Source of the DNA: an uncultured Eubacteriales bacterium
GTDB lineage: Bacteria; Bacillota; Clostridia; Lachnospirales; Lachnospiraceae
NCBI GenBank assembly: GCA_900545455.1
Contig: UQZF01000001.1
Coordinates: 1-54,603 of the forward strand
Reading direction: 5' to 3'
DNA length: 54,603 nucleotides
Within the stretch, counting starts at the first letter, position 1; each line of letters opens with the position of its first letter. A program made the translations under genes and the position numbers. The notes beneath the pieces are model-generated. The model did not search any database. It was not told the origin of the DNA and saw only the letters and a list, made by a program, of their open reading frames with translations. Positions 26,281 to 36,176 of the stretch are shown in pieces.

Positions 26281-26856
26281 ATGGAGAGCACGATAAGGGA
26301 GCAGATACTCGAGGCGACGATTCTTGTGTTTAACAGGAAGGGAATGAAGTTCACGATGGACGACATCGCAAGGGAGCTCGGCATGAGCAAAAAGACCATA
26401 TACACGGTGTTCGCCGACAAGCAGGAGCTCGTATACGACATGGTCGACTACTGCTTTGACTCGATAAAGGAGAGCGAGCAGAAGGTCATGAAAAGCGCGG
26501 GACTGAGCACCCTCGAGAAGATTCAGGAGATTCTCGGTGTGCTGCCTGAGGGGTATAAGGAGATTGATTTTTCACAGCTCTACATACTCAGGGACAAATA
26601 TCCGAGGATATATACCCGCGTTGAGGAGCGGTTAGAGAGCGGCTGGGATGCGACGATGGAACTGCTGCAAAGAGGTATGAATGAGGGCGTTATAAGGAAG
26701 GTGGACACGGCACTTGTGAAGGTGATGTTTGAGGCGACGCTTGAGCAGTTTTTCAGAAGAGACGTGCTTGTGAAGAACGGAATAACCTACAGTGATGCAC
26801 TTGCAGAGGTGGTGGACATAATCTGCAACGGAATAAAGGAAAGGAGTGAGACTTAA
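26281..26856 (+). CDS. TetR/AcrR-family transcriptional regulator
   Basis: HTH FTMDDIARELGMSKKTIYTVFADK; 191 aa. Confidence 0.9.
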   Translation: MESTIREQILEATILVFNRKGMKFTMDDIARELGMSKKTIYTVFADKQELVYDMVDYCFDSIKESEQKVMKSAGLSTLEKIQEILGVLPEGYKEIDFSQLYILRDKYPRIYTRVEERLESGWDATMELLQRGMNEGVIRKVDTALVKVMFEATLEQFFRRDVLVKNGITYSDALAEVVDIICNGIKERSET

Positions 26857-26857
26857 G

Positions 26858-28342
26858 ATGGATAAGTCAAAAAGCATTTTTGGAAATGTGATGAGCGATA
26901 AGACCTATAAAAAGGCTGTGGCAGGAAAGAAAAAGTTCGTAAGAAGGTTCGGTGACGACTCCAAGGTCGATTACGAGCTTAAAATCAGGGAGAACAAGCA
27001 CATAGGCGATATTCTCGGAGTTAAGGACATCGTCGTTGCGAAACCTCAGGGCGGCAAGGCGCAGAATGGCGAGGCACAGGCGGCAGAGTTCGACCATGAG
27101 AAGGTACTCATTGTCGGCAACATAAGAATGGGCTTCGGTCATTACAGAATATCGATGGCGATAGCGTCGGCTGCACACAGCATGGGCTATACACCGTACT
27201 GGATGGATTTAAACTCATTCCCGGATACGACCTGCACCAAGGTTATAAGCGCACAGAACGACCTCTACTCGCTGGGCTCGAGAATATCACAGAAGAGCAG
27301 GCTTTTTAACAGATTAGTGTGGGAGCCGATGAACTATGAGGGCTTCAGGAAGCTCTCCTACAACGCTTGCGACCAGAAGAATGCGGAGCTTATGGCGCCT
27401 GTGTATAAGAAGGTTCCTAAGGACATCCCCGTTGTCGGCACCCATGTGTGGCCTGCACAGGCGGCTGTCCACGCGGGCATGGAGCACGTCGTAAATGCGA
27501 TTCCCGACAACTGGCCTATGGCACTTCACCTTGCGGAGGGAAGCATCCACACGATTCAGACGCACAACTCCTACATGGGCTACAGAATATTAAACGGCAT
27601 GGAGAAAAATAAGGTGTTAAGACCTATGCCGTCAGACAGCCTCGTGTACACGGGACACTATGTTGACCACGAGCTTGTCTCGAACATTGAGGCTGACTGC
27701 GAGGCGAGAATCAGAAGAAAAGAGAGCGGACAGCCGATGAGATTTCTTTTAACCATCGGTGGAGCGGGTGCGCAGAAGGAGATTTTTGCGGCGATAATAA
27801 AGCGTCTCATCCCTGCAATCAGAAAGAAAAAGGCTGCGCTCTATGTGAATGTGGGCGACTACAAGAATGTGTGGGAGCAGCTTCTTATTGATATTCCTGA
27901 GCTTAAAGAGCTCTCTACCGAGCATTTTGACGACTGGAGCGAGACAAAGAGCTTCGCCGAGAAGGCACTTGACGGCGAGGTGAGCGGAATACACGGCTTC
28001 TGGCACTCGAATATATTTGAGGCTGTCTACTGCACCAACCTTCTTATGAGAAGCTGCGACGTGCTTGTGACGAAGCCCAGCGAGCTCTCATTTTACCCGA
28101 TTCCTAAGCTTTTCATAAAGAGAGTCGGCGGACACGAGCGCTGGGGTGCGATACACTCGGCTGAGATAGGCGACGGAACGCTCGAGTGTGAGGACATCGC
28201 GCACACGATTCAGATGGTCGAGCTGTTCATGGAGGACGACAAGCTCTTAAAGGATATGTGCGGCAACATCGTGCGCAACAAGAAGATGGGTATCTATGAC
28301 GGAGCGTACAAGGTGGTTGAGCTTGCAATGGCAGGAAAGTAA
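26858..28342 (+). CDS. GT-B-fold glycosyltransferase-like protein (GT28/MGDG-synthase-like, tentative)
   Basis: 494 aa. G-loop-like GNIRMGFGHYRIS, a second glycine loop LLTIGGAGAQKE, and VTKPSELSFYP resembling the TKPGG block of UgtP/MurG-type enzymes. No TM segments. Confidence 0.5.
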   Translation: MDKSKSIFGNVMSDKTYKKAVAGKKKFVRRFGDDSKVDYELKIRENKHIGDILGVKDIVVAKPQGGKAQNGEAQAAEFDHEKVLIVGNIRMGFGHYRISMAIASAAHSMGYTPYWMDLNSFPDTTCTKVISAQNDLYSLGSRISQKSRLFNRLVWEPMNYEGFRKLSYNACDQKNAELMAPVYKKVPKDIPVVGTHVWPAQAAVHAGMEHVVNAIPDNWPMALHLAEGSIHTIQTHNSYMGYRILNGMEKNKVLRPMPSDSLVYTGHYVDHELVSNIEADCEARIRRKESGQPMRFLLTIGGAGAQKEIFAAIIKRLIPAIRKKKAALYVNVGDYKNVWEQLLIDIPELKELSTEHFDDWSETKSFAEKALDGEVSGIHGFWHSNIFEAVYCTNLLMRSCDVLVTKPSELSFYPIPKLFIKRVGGHERWGAIHSAEIGDGTLECEDIAHTIQMVELFMEDDKLLKDMCGNIVRNKKMGIYDGAYKVVELAMAGK

Positions 28343-28389
28343 CATTTCATTACTATTTATGCCGCGGCTGCGGTGGAATGGAGATTAAT

Positions 28390-29799
28390 ATGGAGAGTAA
28401 GAAAAAACTGAGCGGAAAAGAAAAGTTTGCCTACGGTATCGGGGCTGTCGGCAAGGATATGGTGTATATGCTCTCGGCGAGCTATATTCTGTATTACTAT
28501 CAGGACATAATGGGTGTAAAGGCATGGATAATGGGTATCATTCTCCTCGCGGCGCGTGTATTTGACGCCTTCAACGATCCCATAATGGGCGTTGTTGTCG
28601 CAAAGACGAGAACGAGATGGGGAAAGTTCCGCCCATGGCTGTTTATCGGAACCCTCACGAATGCGATTGTGCTGTTCTTCATGTTTGCGGCACCGCCAAG
28701 CATTGACGGAGGCGGGCTCGTGGCTTATGCGGCTGTGACCTACATCCTCTGGGGAGTTACCTACACGATGATGGACATTCCGTACTGGTCGATGGTTCCT
28801 GCGTTCACCGAGGGCGGCAAGGAGAGGGAGAATCTCTCGGCGCTTGCGCGTTCCTGCGCGGGAGTCGGCTCCGCAATCATAAGCATAATCACCGTCATGG
28901 CGGTTTCCGCAATCGGTAATGCCTTTGCGGGTGCGGGAGCAAGTGACATCGAGATTGAGAGAGTGGGCTTTAAGTATTTTGCACTCATAGTTGCGGTTGT
29001 GTTCTTTGTGTTCATCCTCATAACATGTACGTTCATCAAGGAAAAATCGACGGTCGACATCAAGACGGCGTCCGTAGGTGAGATGTTCAAGGCACTCGTG
29101 AGAAACGACCAGGCAATGGCAATGGTAATCACCATCGTACTTGTGAATACAGCCGTCTATATCACCTCGAACCTTTTAATCTACTTCTTTAAGTACGACC
29201 TCGGCGGAAGCGGCTGGAGAAGCGATTACACGATATTCAACACCTTCGGAGGAGCAGTCCAGATTCTCGCGATGATGTTCATTTTCCCGATTCTCAGAAA
29301 ATTCTTCAACACTATGAAGATTTTCTATGTCTGCATCGCGTCGGCGGTCGGCGGATATGTGGTGCTGCTTGTCATGACACTTGGCGGAGTTGCGAGCGTG
29401 TATCCTTTCCTTTTACCGGGCTTCTTCATATTTGCGGCTGCGGGAATTTTAAATGTGCTCGTGACGATATTCCTAGCCAACACGGTTGACTACGGCGAGC
29501 TCAAGAACAAGAGACGTGACGAGTCAGTCATCTTCTCAATGCAGACCTTCGTTGTCAAGCTCGCATCAGGCTTGTCGGCGCTCATCGCCTCAATCTGTCT
29601 CACGGTGTTCAACATAAGCTCCGACGAGAATGCGGCGGTTGACGCGGTGTCCGGCACATCGGTTGTGGGACTCAGACTTGCGATGACGCTTCTTCCTATA
29701 CTCGTTCTCGTGGTTGCTGTCTGCATATTTAAGAAAAAATATATTCTCACCGACAAGAAGCTTGAGGAGATTTCGACGCAGTTAAAGCAGCAGGCTTAA
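28390..29799 (+). CDS. Glycoside-pentoside-hexuronide (GPH):cation symporter, MelB-like
   Basis: 12-TM profile. FAYGIGAVGKD and DAFNDPIMG...RWGKFRPW signature. The ATG at 28390 has the better RBS (alternative 28378). Confidence 0.88.
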   Translation: MESKKKLSGKEKFAYGIGAVGKDMVYMLSASYILYYYQDIMGVKAWIMGIILLAARVFDAFNDPIMGVVVAKTRTRWGKFRPWLFIGTLTNAIVLFFMFAAPPSIDGGGLVAYAAVTYILWGVTYTMMDIPYWSMVPAFTEGGKERENLSALARSCAGVGSAIISIITVMAVSAIGNAFAGAGASDIEIERVGFKYFALIVAVVFFVFILITCTFIKEKSTVDIKTASVGEMFKALVRNDQAMAMVITIVLVNTAVYITSNLLIYFFKYDLGGSGWRSDYTIFNTFGGAVQILAMMFIFPILRKFFNTMKIFYVCIASAVGGYVVLLVMTLGGVASVYPFLLPGFFIFAAAGILNVLVTIFLANTVDYGELKNKRRDESVIFSMQTFVVKLASGLSALIASICLTVFNISSDENAAVDAVSGTSVVGLRLAMTLLPILVLVVAVCIFKKKYILTDKKLEEISTQLKQQA

Positions 29800-29845
29800 A
29801 AAGCCTAAAGCGGAGCTTTCAAGCAAAGTTTAATGGAGGATAGAT

Positions 29846-32203
29846 ATGATTGAATACATTGACGGTGCGTTCGGACTTCACACGGCGGATACCAGCTATG
29901 TGTTTGCCGTGCTGCCGACGGGACAGCTCGAGCATCTTCATTATGGAAAGAGAATAAGGCTGAATAAGGGGGCTGTGGAGGCACTGAGGGAGAAGCACGC
30001 GTTTGCGCCGGGAAACACGGTCATATACGACAACGACCATCCGCAGTATTCGCTTGAGGACGTGAAGCTTGAGATGTCAGCGCACGGCAAGGGCGACATA
30101 AGGGAGCCGTTTGTCGAGATAGTGTACCCTGACGGAAGCGAGAGCTCCGACTTCGTCTACAAGGGCTACGAGATTATTGAGGGAAAGCCTGAGCTTGAGA
30201 CGCTTCCGAGCTCGTACTGTGCGGCAGAGCAGGCGGATGAAAAAATGACGCTCAAAATCACGCTTGCCGACAGGCATTACCCGATTGAGCTCGATTTATT
30301 CTACTATGTATATGAAAAAGAGAATGTCATTTCAAGAAGCGGCAGAATCATAAATAACGGTGAGGAAAGCGTTGCGTTAAAGCGCCTCATGAGCCTTATG
30401 CTCGACATGGACGGTGTCGGATACAAGGTGACAACCTTTAACGGTGCATGGGCGAGGGAAATGAACAGGCACGATACCGTCGTGACGGCGGGAAAGCTTG
30501 TGAACTCATCGTACACGGGGACTTCCTCGAGCAGAGCCAATCCTTTTGTCATGCTCACAAGGACAAATACAAGTGAAGATTTCGGTGATTGTTATGGATT
30601 TAATCTTATATACAGTGGAAATCACTATGAGGCATTTGAGGTAAACAGTTTTGATAAGAGCAGGTTCGTCTCGGGAATCAATCCGCAGTCGTTCTCGTGG
30701 AGGCTTGAGCCGGGCGAGAGCTTTGAGACTCCTGAGGCGGTCATGAACTACTCGGCTTACGGCTGCAACGGCATGAGCCGCAATATGCACGCATTTGTGC
30801 GGGAGCATATTGTGAGGGGCGAGTGGAAGCACAAGGACAGACCTGTGCTGCTTAACAGCTGGGAGGCGGCTTACTTTAACATAAATGAGAGGAAGCTCTG
30901 CGAGCTTGCAAAGGCGGGTAAGGCTGTGGGCGTTGAGCTTTTTGTTATGGATGATGGCTGGTTTGGCGAGAGAAACGACGACAGACATTCGCTCGGTGAC
31001 TGGGAGGTAAACAAAAATAAGCTTCCTAACGGACTCAAGGGAATATGCGACAAAATAAATGCGCTCGGCATGGACTTCGGAATATGGGTTGAGCCCGAGA
31101 TGGTGAACACCGACAGCCGCCTTTACAGGGAGCATCCCGAGTGGGTGGTCGACATTCCGGGGCAGGAGCACTCCGAGGGGCGAAACCAGAGGATACTCGA
31201 CCTGTGCAATCCCGCGGTACAGGACTATATAATCGAGAGCATGACAAAGGTGTTCTCATCGGCAAATATCGCCTACGTCAAGTGGGACATGAACAGAATA
31301 TTCTCGGATTACTATTCAAAGTATCTTGTGGAGACGGGCAGACCTCAGGGCGAGATGGCTCACCGCTATGTCATGGGCTTAAAGCGCATAATGAAGTCGC
31401 TCACGGAAAAATTCCCGAGGATACTCTTCGAGGGCTGTGCCGCGGGCGGAAACAGGTTCGACCTCGGCATACTCTGCTATTTTCCGCAGATATGGGCGAG
31501 TGACAACACGGATGCCGTGTGCAGGGCGTCAATCCAGGAGGGGTTAAGCTACGGATACCCGATGTCTACGGTGTCGGCGCATGTGTCCGCGTGCCCTAAC
31601 CACCAGACACTCCGCACAACGCCGCTTGTGACGAGGTTCAATGTGGCTTCGTTCGGAGTGTGTGGCTACGAGTGCAATCTCGTCGATATGAAAAAAGAGG
31701 ATTTGAGCGAGATTAAGGAGCAGATAAGCATATATAAGAGGTGGAGACACACGATGCAGTTCGGCACCTTTTACCGTCAGCGCACGGGAAACATCCACCA
31801 GTGGACGGTCGTGTCACCCGACAAGGACAGGGCGGTCGGACTCATCATGCAGGAGCTCGTACAGCCGAACACGCAGAGTGAGCACTACAACGCGGCGGGG
31901 CTTTCAGAGGATGTCCTCTACCATATCCGGAATAGGAATTTAAGATACAATGTGAAGGAGTTCGGCGACCTCATCAACACAGCCGCGCCCGTCCACATAA
32001 GGCAGGGCTCGCTGCTCCACAATGTGGTTGCGAAGTTCGTGACGATGCCGGGTGAGACTGAGGACTATGAGCTGTACGGCGACGCGCTCATGAACGGCGG
32101 AATCAGGTTAAAGCAGGCGTTCTCGGCGACCGGCTTTTCTGAGGAGGTCAGACATTTTCCCGATTTCGCGTCAAGGCTCTATTTTATCGAAAAAAAACAG
32201 TGA
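29846..32203 (+). CDS. Alpha-galactosidase, glycoside hydrolase family 36
   Basis: 785 aa. LLNSWEAAYF, FVMDDGWFG, KWDMNR and CAAGGNRFD blocks. Confidence 0.9.
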   Translation: MIEYIDGAFGLHTADTSYVFAVLPTGQLEHLHYGKRIRLNKGAVEALREKHAFAPGNTVIYDNDHPQYSLEDVKLEMSAHGKGDIREPFVEIVYPDGSESSDFVYKGYEIIEGKPELETLPSSYCAAEQADEKMTLKITLADRHYPIELDLFYYVYEKENVISRSGRIINNGEESVALKRLMSLMLDMDGVGYKVTTFNGAWAREMNRHDTVVTAGKLVNSSYTGTSSSRANPFVMLTRTNTSEDFGDCYGFNLIYSGNHYEAFEVNSFDKSRFVSGINPQSFSWRLEPGESFETPEAVMNYSAYGCNGMSRNMHAFVREHIVRGEWKHKDRPVLLNSWEAAYFNINERKLCELAKAGKAVGVELFVMDDGWFGERNDDRHSLGDWEVNKNKLPNGLKGICDKINALGMDFGIWVEPEMVNTDSRLYREHPEWVVDIPGQEHSEGRNQRILDLCNPAVQDYIIESMTKVFSSANIAYVKWDMNRIFSDYYSKYLVETGRPQGEMAHRYVMGLKRIMKSLTEKFPRILFEGCAAGGNRFDLGILCYFPQIWASDNTDAVCRASIQEGLSYGYPMSTVSAHVSACPNHQTLRTTPLVTRFNVASFGVCGYECNLVDMKKEDLSEIKEQISIYKRWRHTMQFGTFYRQRTGNIHQWTVVSPDKDRAVGLIMQELVQPNTQSEHYNAAGLSEDVLYHIRNRNLRYNVKEFGDLINTAAPVHIRQGSLLHNVVAKFVTMPGETEDYELYGDALMNGGIRLKQAFSATGFSEEVRHFPDFASRLYFIEKKQ

Positions 32204-32226
32204 GGTGATGCAGTGCATCATCTCAC
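32190..32226 (-). terminator. Rho-independent terminator for the minus-strand ykgJ-like gene, embedded in the 3' end of the alpha-galactosidase CDS
   Basis: On the minus strand, GTGAGATGATGCA-c-TGCATCACCTCAC is followed by T8. The T-run is the A8 that encodes the KKQ C-terminus on the plus strand. Confidence 0.55.
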
Positions 32227-32865
32227 CATTGACATACGCTCCTCAATCTGGGCGTAAAAATTATCGACACTGTAGGGTGTAAAGTAAAATAATTGCAGCA
32301 ACAGCATGTTGCGCTTCTTGGCTGACTCGTAATCTGAGTCAGCCATTGCTTCTTTTCTAAGCTTCTTTAGAAGCTCATGCCATTCCCAGATAAATTTTTC
32401 GTTTTTTTCTATGTCAGGCGTATCAAGCCACTTTTCAACCTTAATCTTGGTGCGGTGATTGTTGAGGCATTCGCCCGTCTGCAAAAAATATTTAAAGCCG
32501 TTCTCGTCGTATATTCTGCCGAGCGGGAAGAGTCTGCATATTCCCGGTCTGAATGAGTGGATACTGCATCTGCCGTTCTCATCGAGGAACGAGCACTGTT
32601 CCTTCTCACCTGCCATCTTGAGGCTCGGTAGGATGAGCCCATCTATGACGCTCAGCTCAACATGCTCTGCGAGCAGTCTGTCAAAGCCACAGCCGAGATT
32701 GTTGGTCAGCAGGCACGCGTCGTAAGGTGTCAGCACAATCGAATTTCCCATCCCGCGGCAGCACGCGGAGCAGCCTGCGCAGTCCTGACAGTCGGCGCGG
32801 ACTAAGTCGTTGAGGGTGTATAGTTTTCCATCTGAAATATCGTTTAAAGTTCCTTCGCGAAGCAT
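32218..32865 (-). CDS. YkgJ-family cysteine-cluster (CxxCxxCC) protein
   Basis: CQDCAGCSACC motif plus downstream Cys residues; 215 aa; AAAGGAG RBS. Confidence 0.8.
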   Translation of the reverse strand: MLREGTLNDISDGKLYTLNDLVRADCQDCAGCSACCRGMGNSIVLTPYDACLLTNNLGCGFDRLLAEHVELSVIDGLILPSLKMAGEKEQCSFLDENGRCSIHSFRPGICRLFPLGRIYDENGFKYFLQTGECLNNHRTKIKVEKWLDTPDIEKNEKFIWEWHELLKKLRKEAMADSDYESAKKRNMLLLQLFYFTPYSVDNFYAQIEERMSMVR

Positions 32866-32900
32866 GAGGGGGCTCCTTTCATGTGAGCATAATTATAGTT

Positions 32901-33102
32901 AATTGCGAAACTCAGGTTATATATAACGGACGTTGTGACATTTTACTGTATTACCGCCGGACACGCTCTCGCTACGTTACTGCACATAGCGGTGCATAAT
33001 CGGCTAAAATACAGCCGATAAACACCGATGGCAGTAAAGAGTCCGGCTTGCAATATAGTAAAATGACACAACTGTTCTGTGATAAATTGAAGTTTCGCAA
33101 TT
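32901..33102. repeat. Long imperfect palindromic element (about 200 bp) in the divergent intergenic region
   Basis: Terminal arms AATTGCGAAACT (32901-32912) and AGTTTCGCAATT (33091-33102). Inner arms GTTGTGACATTTTACTGTATT / AATATAGTAAAATGACACAAC. Central stem TACTGC..CGGTG..ATCGGCT-loop-AGCCGAT..CACCG..GCAGTA centred near 33009. Confidence 0.8.
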
Positions 33103-33214
33103 TGCAGTTATTTAATGTTTGGTCTTGGACCGCATGAAATGATTATAGCTTATAGTTTGTGAGAAGTCACTATTTGATTGGAATAATTCGTTAAATTAGG
33201 TGAATAATATCGCT

Positions 33215-33979
33215 ATGAAACATGAGAAGGTATATTTTTACGATAACGAGCTTGAGGATGAGTTCTCGGGGATAGAGAGAAGCACGATTGTGGTTGACAA
33301 AAGCTTCAGGTATCGGCACGGGAGGGTGTGGCGCGCTGCCGCGTGGGCGCTCTACCATATTATTATGACGCCGATTGCCTTTTTCTATATGAAGTTTAAG
33401 TTCGGCATGAGGATTGTCGGGAGGGAAAAGCTGAAAAAAAGCAGAGGAAGGTGTGCCTTTTTTTACGGAAATCACACGCACATCCCGGGGGACGGATACA
33501 TTCCGGCTTGCATAAGCTTTCCAAGGAAGGCATTGATACTTGCGCACCCCGACAACGTGTCGCTGTACGGCACAAGGAATATCATGGAGATGCTAGGCGC
33601 GTTCCCCGTCCCGAACAGGATGAGCGGGATGAAAGGCTTTATGGGCGAGCTTGGGCGGAGGGTTGAGGATGCGTGCCCGATTTTCATTTACCCCGAGGCG
33701 CATATATGGCCCTATTACACAAAAATACGTCCATTCACGGAGAAGTCGTTCCGTTACCCGGCACTGTACGGCTGCCCCGCATACTCGTACACGACAACAT
33801 ACCAAAAGCGTCTTTTCGAAACCCGAATCACAATATACATCGACGGACCTTTTTACCCTGACACAAATATGAATGTCAGGCAGGCGGCGCATGAGCTCCG
33901 CAATCAAGTGTACGAAGCCATGACGGCGCGGAGCCGGAACTCAACCTACGAGAAGGTAAAGTACGTTAAGAGAAGCTAA
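33215..33979 (+). CDS. Lysophospholipid (PlsC-like) acyltransferase family protein
   Basis: 254 aa. GNHTHIPGD and IFIYPEAHIWPY blocks resemble acyltransferase blocks I and III. ATG at 33215 (alternative GTG at 33200). Confidence 0.7.
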   Translation: MKHEKVYFYDNELEDEFSGIERSTIVVDKSFRYRHGRVWRAAAWALYHIIMTPIAFFYMKFKFGMRIVGREKLKKSRGRCAFFYGNHTHIPGDGYIPACISFPRKALILAHPDNVSLYGTRNIMEMLGAFPVPNRMSGMKGFMGELGRRVEDACPIFIYPEAHIWPYYTKIRPFTEKSFRYPALYGCPAYSYTTTYQKRLFETRITIYIDGPFYPDTNMNVRQAAHELRNQVYEAMTARSRNSTYEKVKYVKRS

Positions 33980-33998
33980 AACGGAAGGCAGCAATCAT

Positions 33999-34071
33999 AG
34001 CCGATTATGCACCACTGCGTAGCAAAACGTAGTGAGAACGTGCCCGGCGGTAATATAGATAAATTACAACG
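33999..34071. repeat. Partial copy (about 73 bp, roughly 80 percent identity by hand alignment) of the left arm of the 32901-33102 element, in inverted orientation
   Basis: AGCCGATTATGCACC..ACGTAG.GAGA.CGTG.CCGGCGGTAAT aligns with the reverse complement of 32931-33005. Confidence 0.75.
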
Positions 34072-34132
34072 TGCGGGAATCTTAATTTACCGATTACCTA
34101 AGCTGCAAATACAATTATTTTAAGGAGGCATT

Positions 34133-34957
34133 ATGAACATCCTGTTCTGCGGCAATTCCCGCGCCTTTGACGGCATACTTATTGCCGTTCTTTCAATAAT
34201 AAAATATTACAAGGGGCAGTTAAACATCTACATCATGACCGCCAATCTTCAGGACATGAACGAGGCGTACACGCCGATATGCTGGCAGCAGGCGAGGCTT
34301 CTCGAGGACATTGCATCGATGGTGTACTCCGAGAGCCGCGTGATACTCATCGACAAGACAATGACGATGCGGGCTGAGCTTGACGACTGGGTGAACAAAA
34401 ATACCGTCTACACACCGTACTCACTTCTGCGGCTTTACGCGGATACCCTGCCTGTCGACAGGGTTCTCTATCTCGATGCCGACGTTGTGGCGTGTGGGAG
34501 CATAGAGGCTCTCTATGGAACCGACATTGAGAAGCATGAGCTTGCGGGTGTGCGGGATTTTCTCGGGAAATGGTTTATAGGGCACAACTACATCAACACG
34601 GGAGTGCTGCTTATCAACCTTAAAAAATGCAGGGAGAGCGGAGTGTTGGAGCGTGCAAGGATAATGTGCAGATACAAGAAGCTTTTCTTCCCGGACCAGA
34701 CGGCAATCAATCTTTTGTGCCGCGAGAAATGCTTTCTTCCCGCAAAATACAACGAGCAGAAGCGCTACAGACCTGACACGGTGATACAGCATTTCTGCAA
34801 ATCGCTGAGAATTTTTCCATACGTCCACACCGTAAATGTCAAGCCGTGGGAGGTTGACAAGCTGCACAGCGTGTATCGTCTGCACGCGCACGACGAGGTT
34901 TTAAAGCAGTACGAGGCGATTAAGAGGACTGCCCGCAATGCGGCGGTGTTCAGATAG
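34133..34957 (+). CDS. Glycosyltransferase family 8 (retaining)
   Basis: YLDADVV DxD motif, with NTGVLLINL and DQTAINLL blocks; AAGGAGG RBS. Confidence 0.85.
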   Translation: MNILFCGNSRAFDGILIAVLSIIKYYKGQLNIYIMTANLQDMNEAYTPICWQQARLLEDIASMVYSESRVILIDKTMTMRAELDDWVNKNTVYTPYSLLRLYADTLPVDRVLYLDADVVACGSIEALYGTDIEKHELAGVRDFLGKWFIGHNYINTGVLLINLKKCRESGVLERARIMCRYKKLFFPDQTAINLLCREKCFLPAKYNEQKRYRPDTVIQHFCKSLRIFPYVHTVNVKPWEVDKLHSVYRLHAHDEVLKQYEAIKRTARNAAVFR

Positions 34958-34982
34958 ATTTCAGACGACAGGAGGCTGTGGG

Positions 34983-36176
34983 ATGAGCTTCATTATGACA
35001 ATCACGATTTTGTTTTTAATCATGTATCTGCCGAGGGTTGTCGGCTGGTTTGCATGGCTGAAGCCGCAGAAGGCTTTAAAAAGCGATAAGCTGCGCCGCT
35101 TCGCGCTCATAGTTCCCGCGAGGGATGAGGGGCGGGCGGTGCTTCCGCTGTTTTCGAGCATACGGGGGCAGAGCTACCCCGAGGAGCTTTTTGACATCTA
35201 CGTCGTCGTGAAAAATCCCAAGGACGAGGTAATCGGCTACGCCAAGGACATCGGAGCGCACGTCCATGTCGACGAGGAGCAGAAAAGCAAGGGCGACTGC
35301 CTCGATTACTGCATACGGCACATACTCGCCGCTGGCAGAAAATACGACGGCTACATCATAGTCGATGCCGATTGCAGGCTCGATGCGGATTTTATAAAGA
35401 ACATGAACGATGCGATGGAGAGCGGTGCACAGGTGATCACGGGGCGGAAGCTCGCAGGAAACTATACCTGTGGAAAGGCTGGGGCAGTGAACGCTGTCAC
35501 CTGTCTTAACGGGCTTATCTGGTCAATCATTGACGAGTTAGGCAACAGGTATAAGAGTGCGGCGGGGCTTACCACGATGCCGATAACAACAGGAATACTT
35601 ATACGCGGTGATTTAATCGCCGAGTGGGGCGGCTGGAATTACAGGCAGACGCTCACCGAGGACATGGAGCTTCTGCGCGACTGTGCGTGCAAGGGGATAA
35701 AGACATTCCACTATTCGCATGCGCGACTCTATCTCGAGGAGGCTCCCTCACACGCCGACACTAACAGGAGGCGGACGCGTTGGATGACCGGCATGGTGTC
35801 GGCGGACAAAATCTACCTCCGCGAGCTGTTAAGGAGGCGCGGGCTGTGGGCGTTCATAGATAATTACTATATTTTGTCGCTCTGGATTGTCTACGTCTAT
35901 ATAGGAACACTGTCGGCGGCGGTCGTTTACTTTCTGTTCACGCTCCGATTTATTGAAGCACTCGCGGCGTTTCTTCTTATCTATACGGCTTTCCTTGCGC
36001 TGTCGGTGATGGCGGTGCTCGCCGACTGGAGCAATATCGGGCTGTCGTGGGTAAAAAAGCTCTGCCTCATGCTTGTGCATCCGTTTTTTTACATGGAATA
36101 CATCTGCATCGTGGGGCGCGCCGTGCTCGGAATCAAGCCTAAGAGCTGGGAAAAAATCGGGAGGGTACAATATTAG
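34983..36176 (+). CDS. Membrane-embedded family-2 glycosyltransferase of the processive (synthase-like) type
   Basis: N-terminal TM, VPARDEG, VDADCRL (DxD), LTEDMEL (TED) and RRRTRW (QxxRW-like) motifs, plus C-terminal TM helices. The ATG at 34983 follows an AGGAGG RBS. Confidence 0.8.
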   Translation: MSFIMTITILFLIMYLPRVVGWFAWLKPQKALKSDKLRRFALIVPARDEGRAVLPLFSSIRGQSYPEELFDIYVVVKNPKDEVIGYAKDIGAHVHVDEEQKSKGDCLDYCIRHILAAGRKYDGYIIVDADCRLDADFIKNMNDAMESGAQVITGRKLAGNYTCGKAGAVNAVTCLNGLIWSIIDELGNRYKSAAGLTTMPITTGILIRGDLIAEWGGWNYRQTLTEDMELLRDCACKGIKTFHYSHARLYLEEAPSHADTNRRRTRWMTGMVSADKIYLRELLRRRGLWAFIDNYYILSLWIVYVYIGTLSAAVVYFLFTLRFIEALAAFLLIYTAFLALSVMAVLADWSNIGLSWVKKLCLMLVHPFFYMEYICIVGRAVLGIKPKSWEKIGRVQY

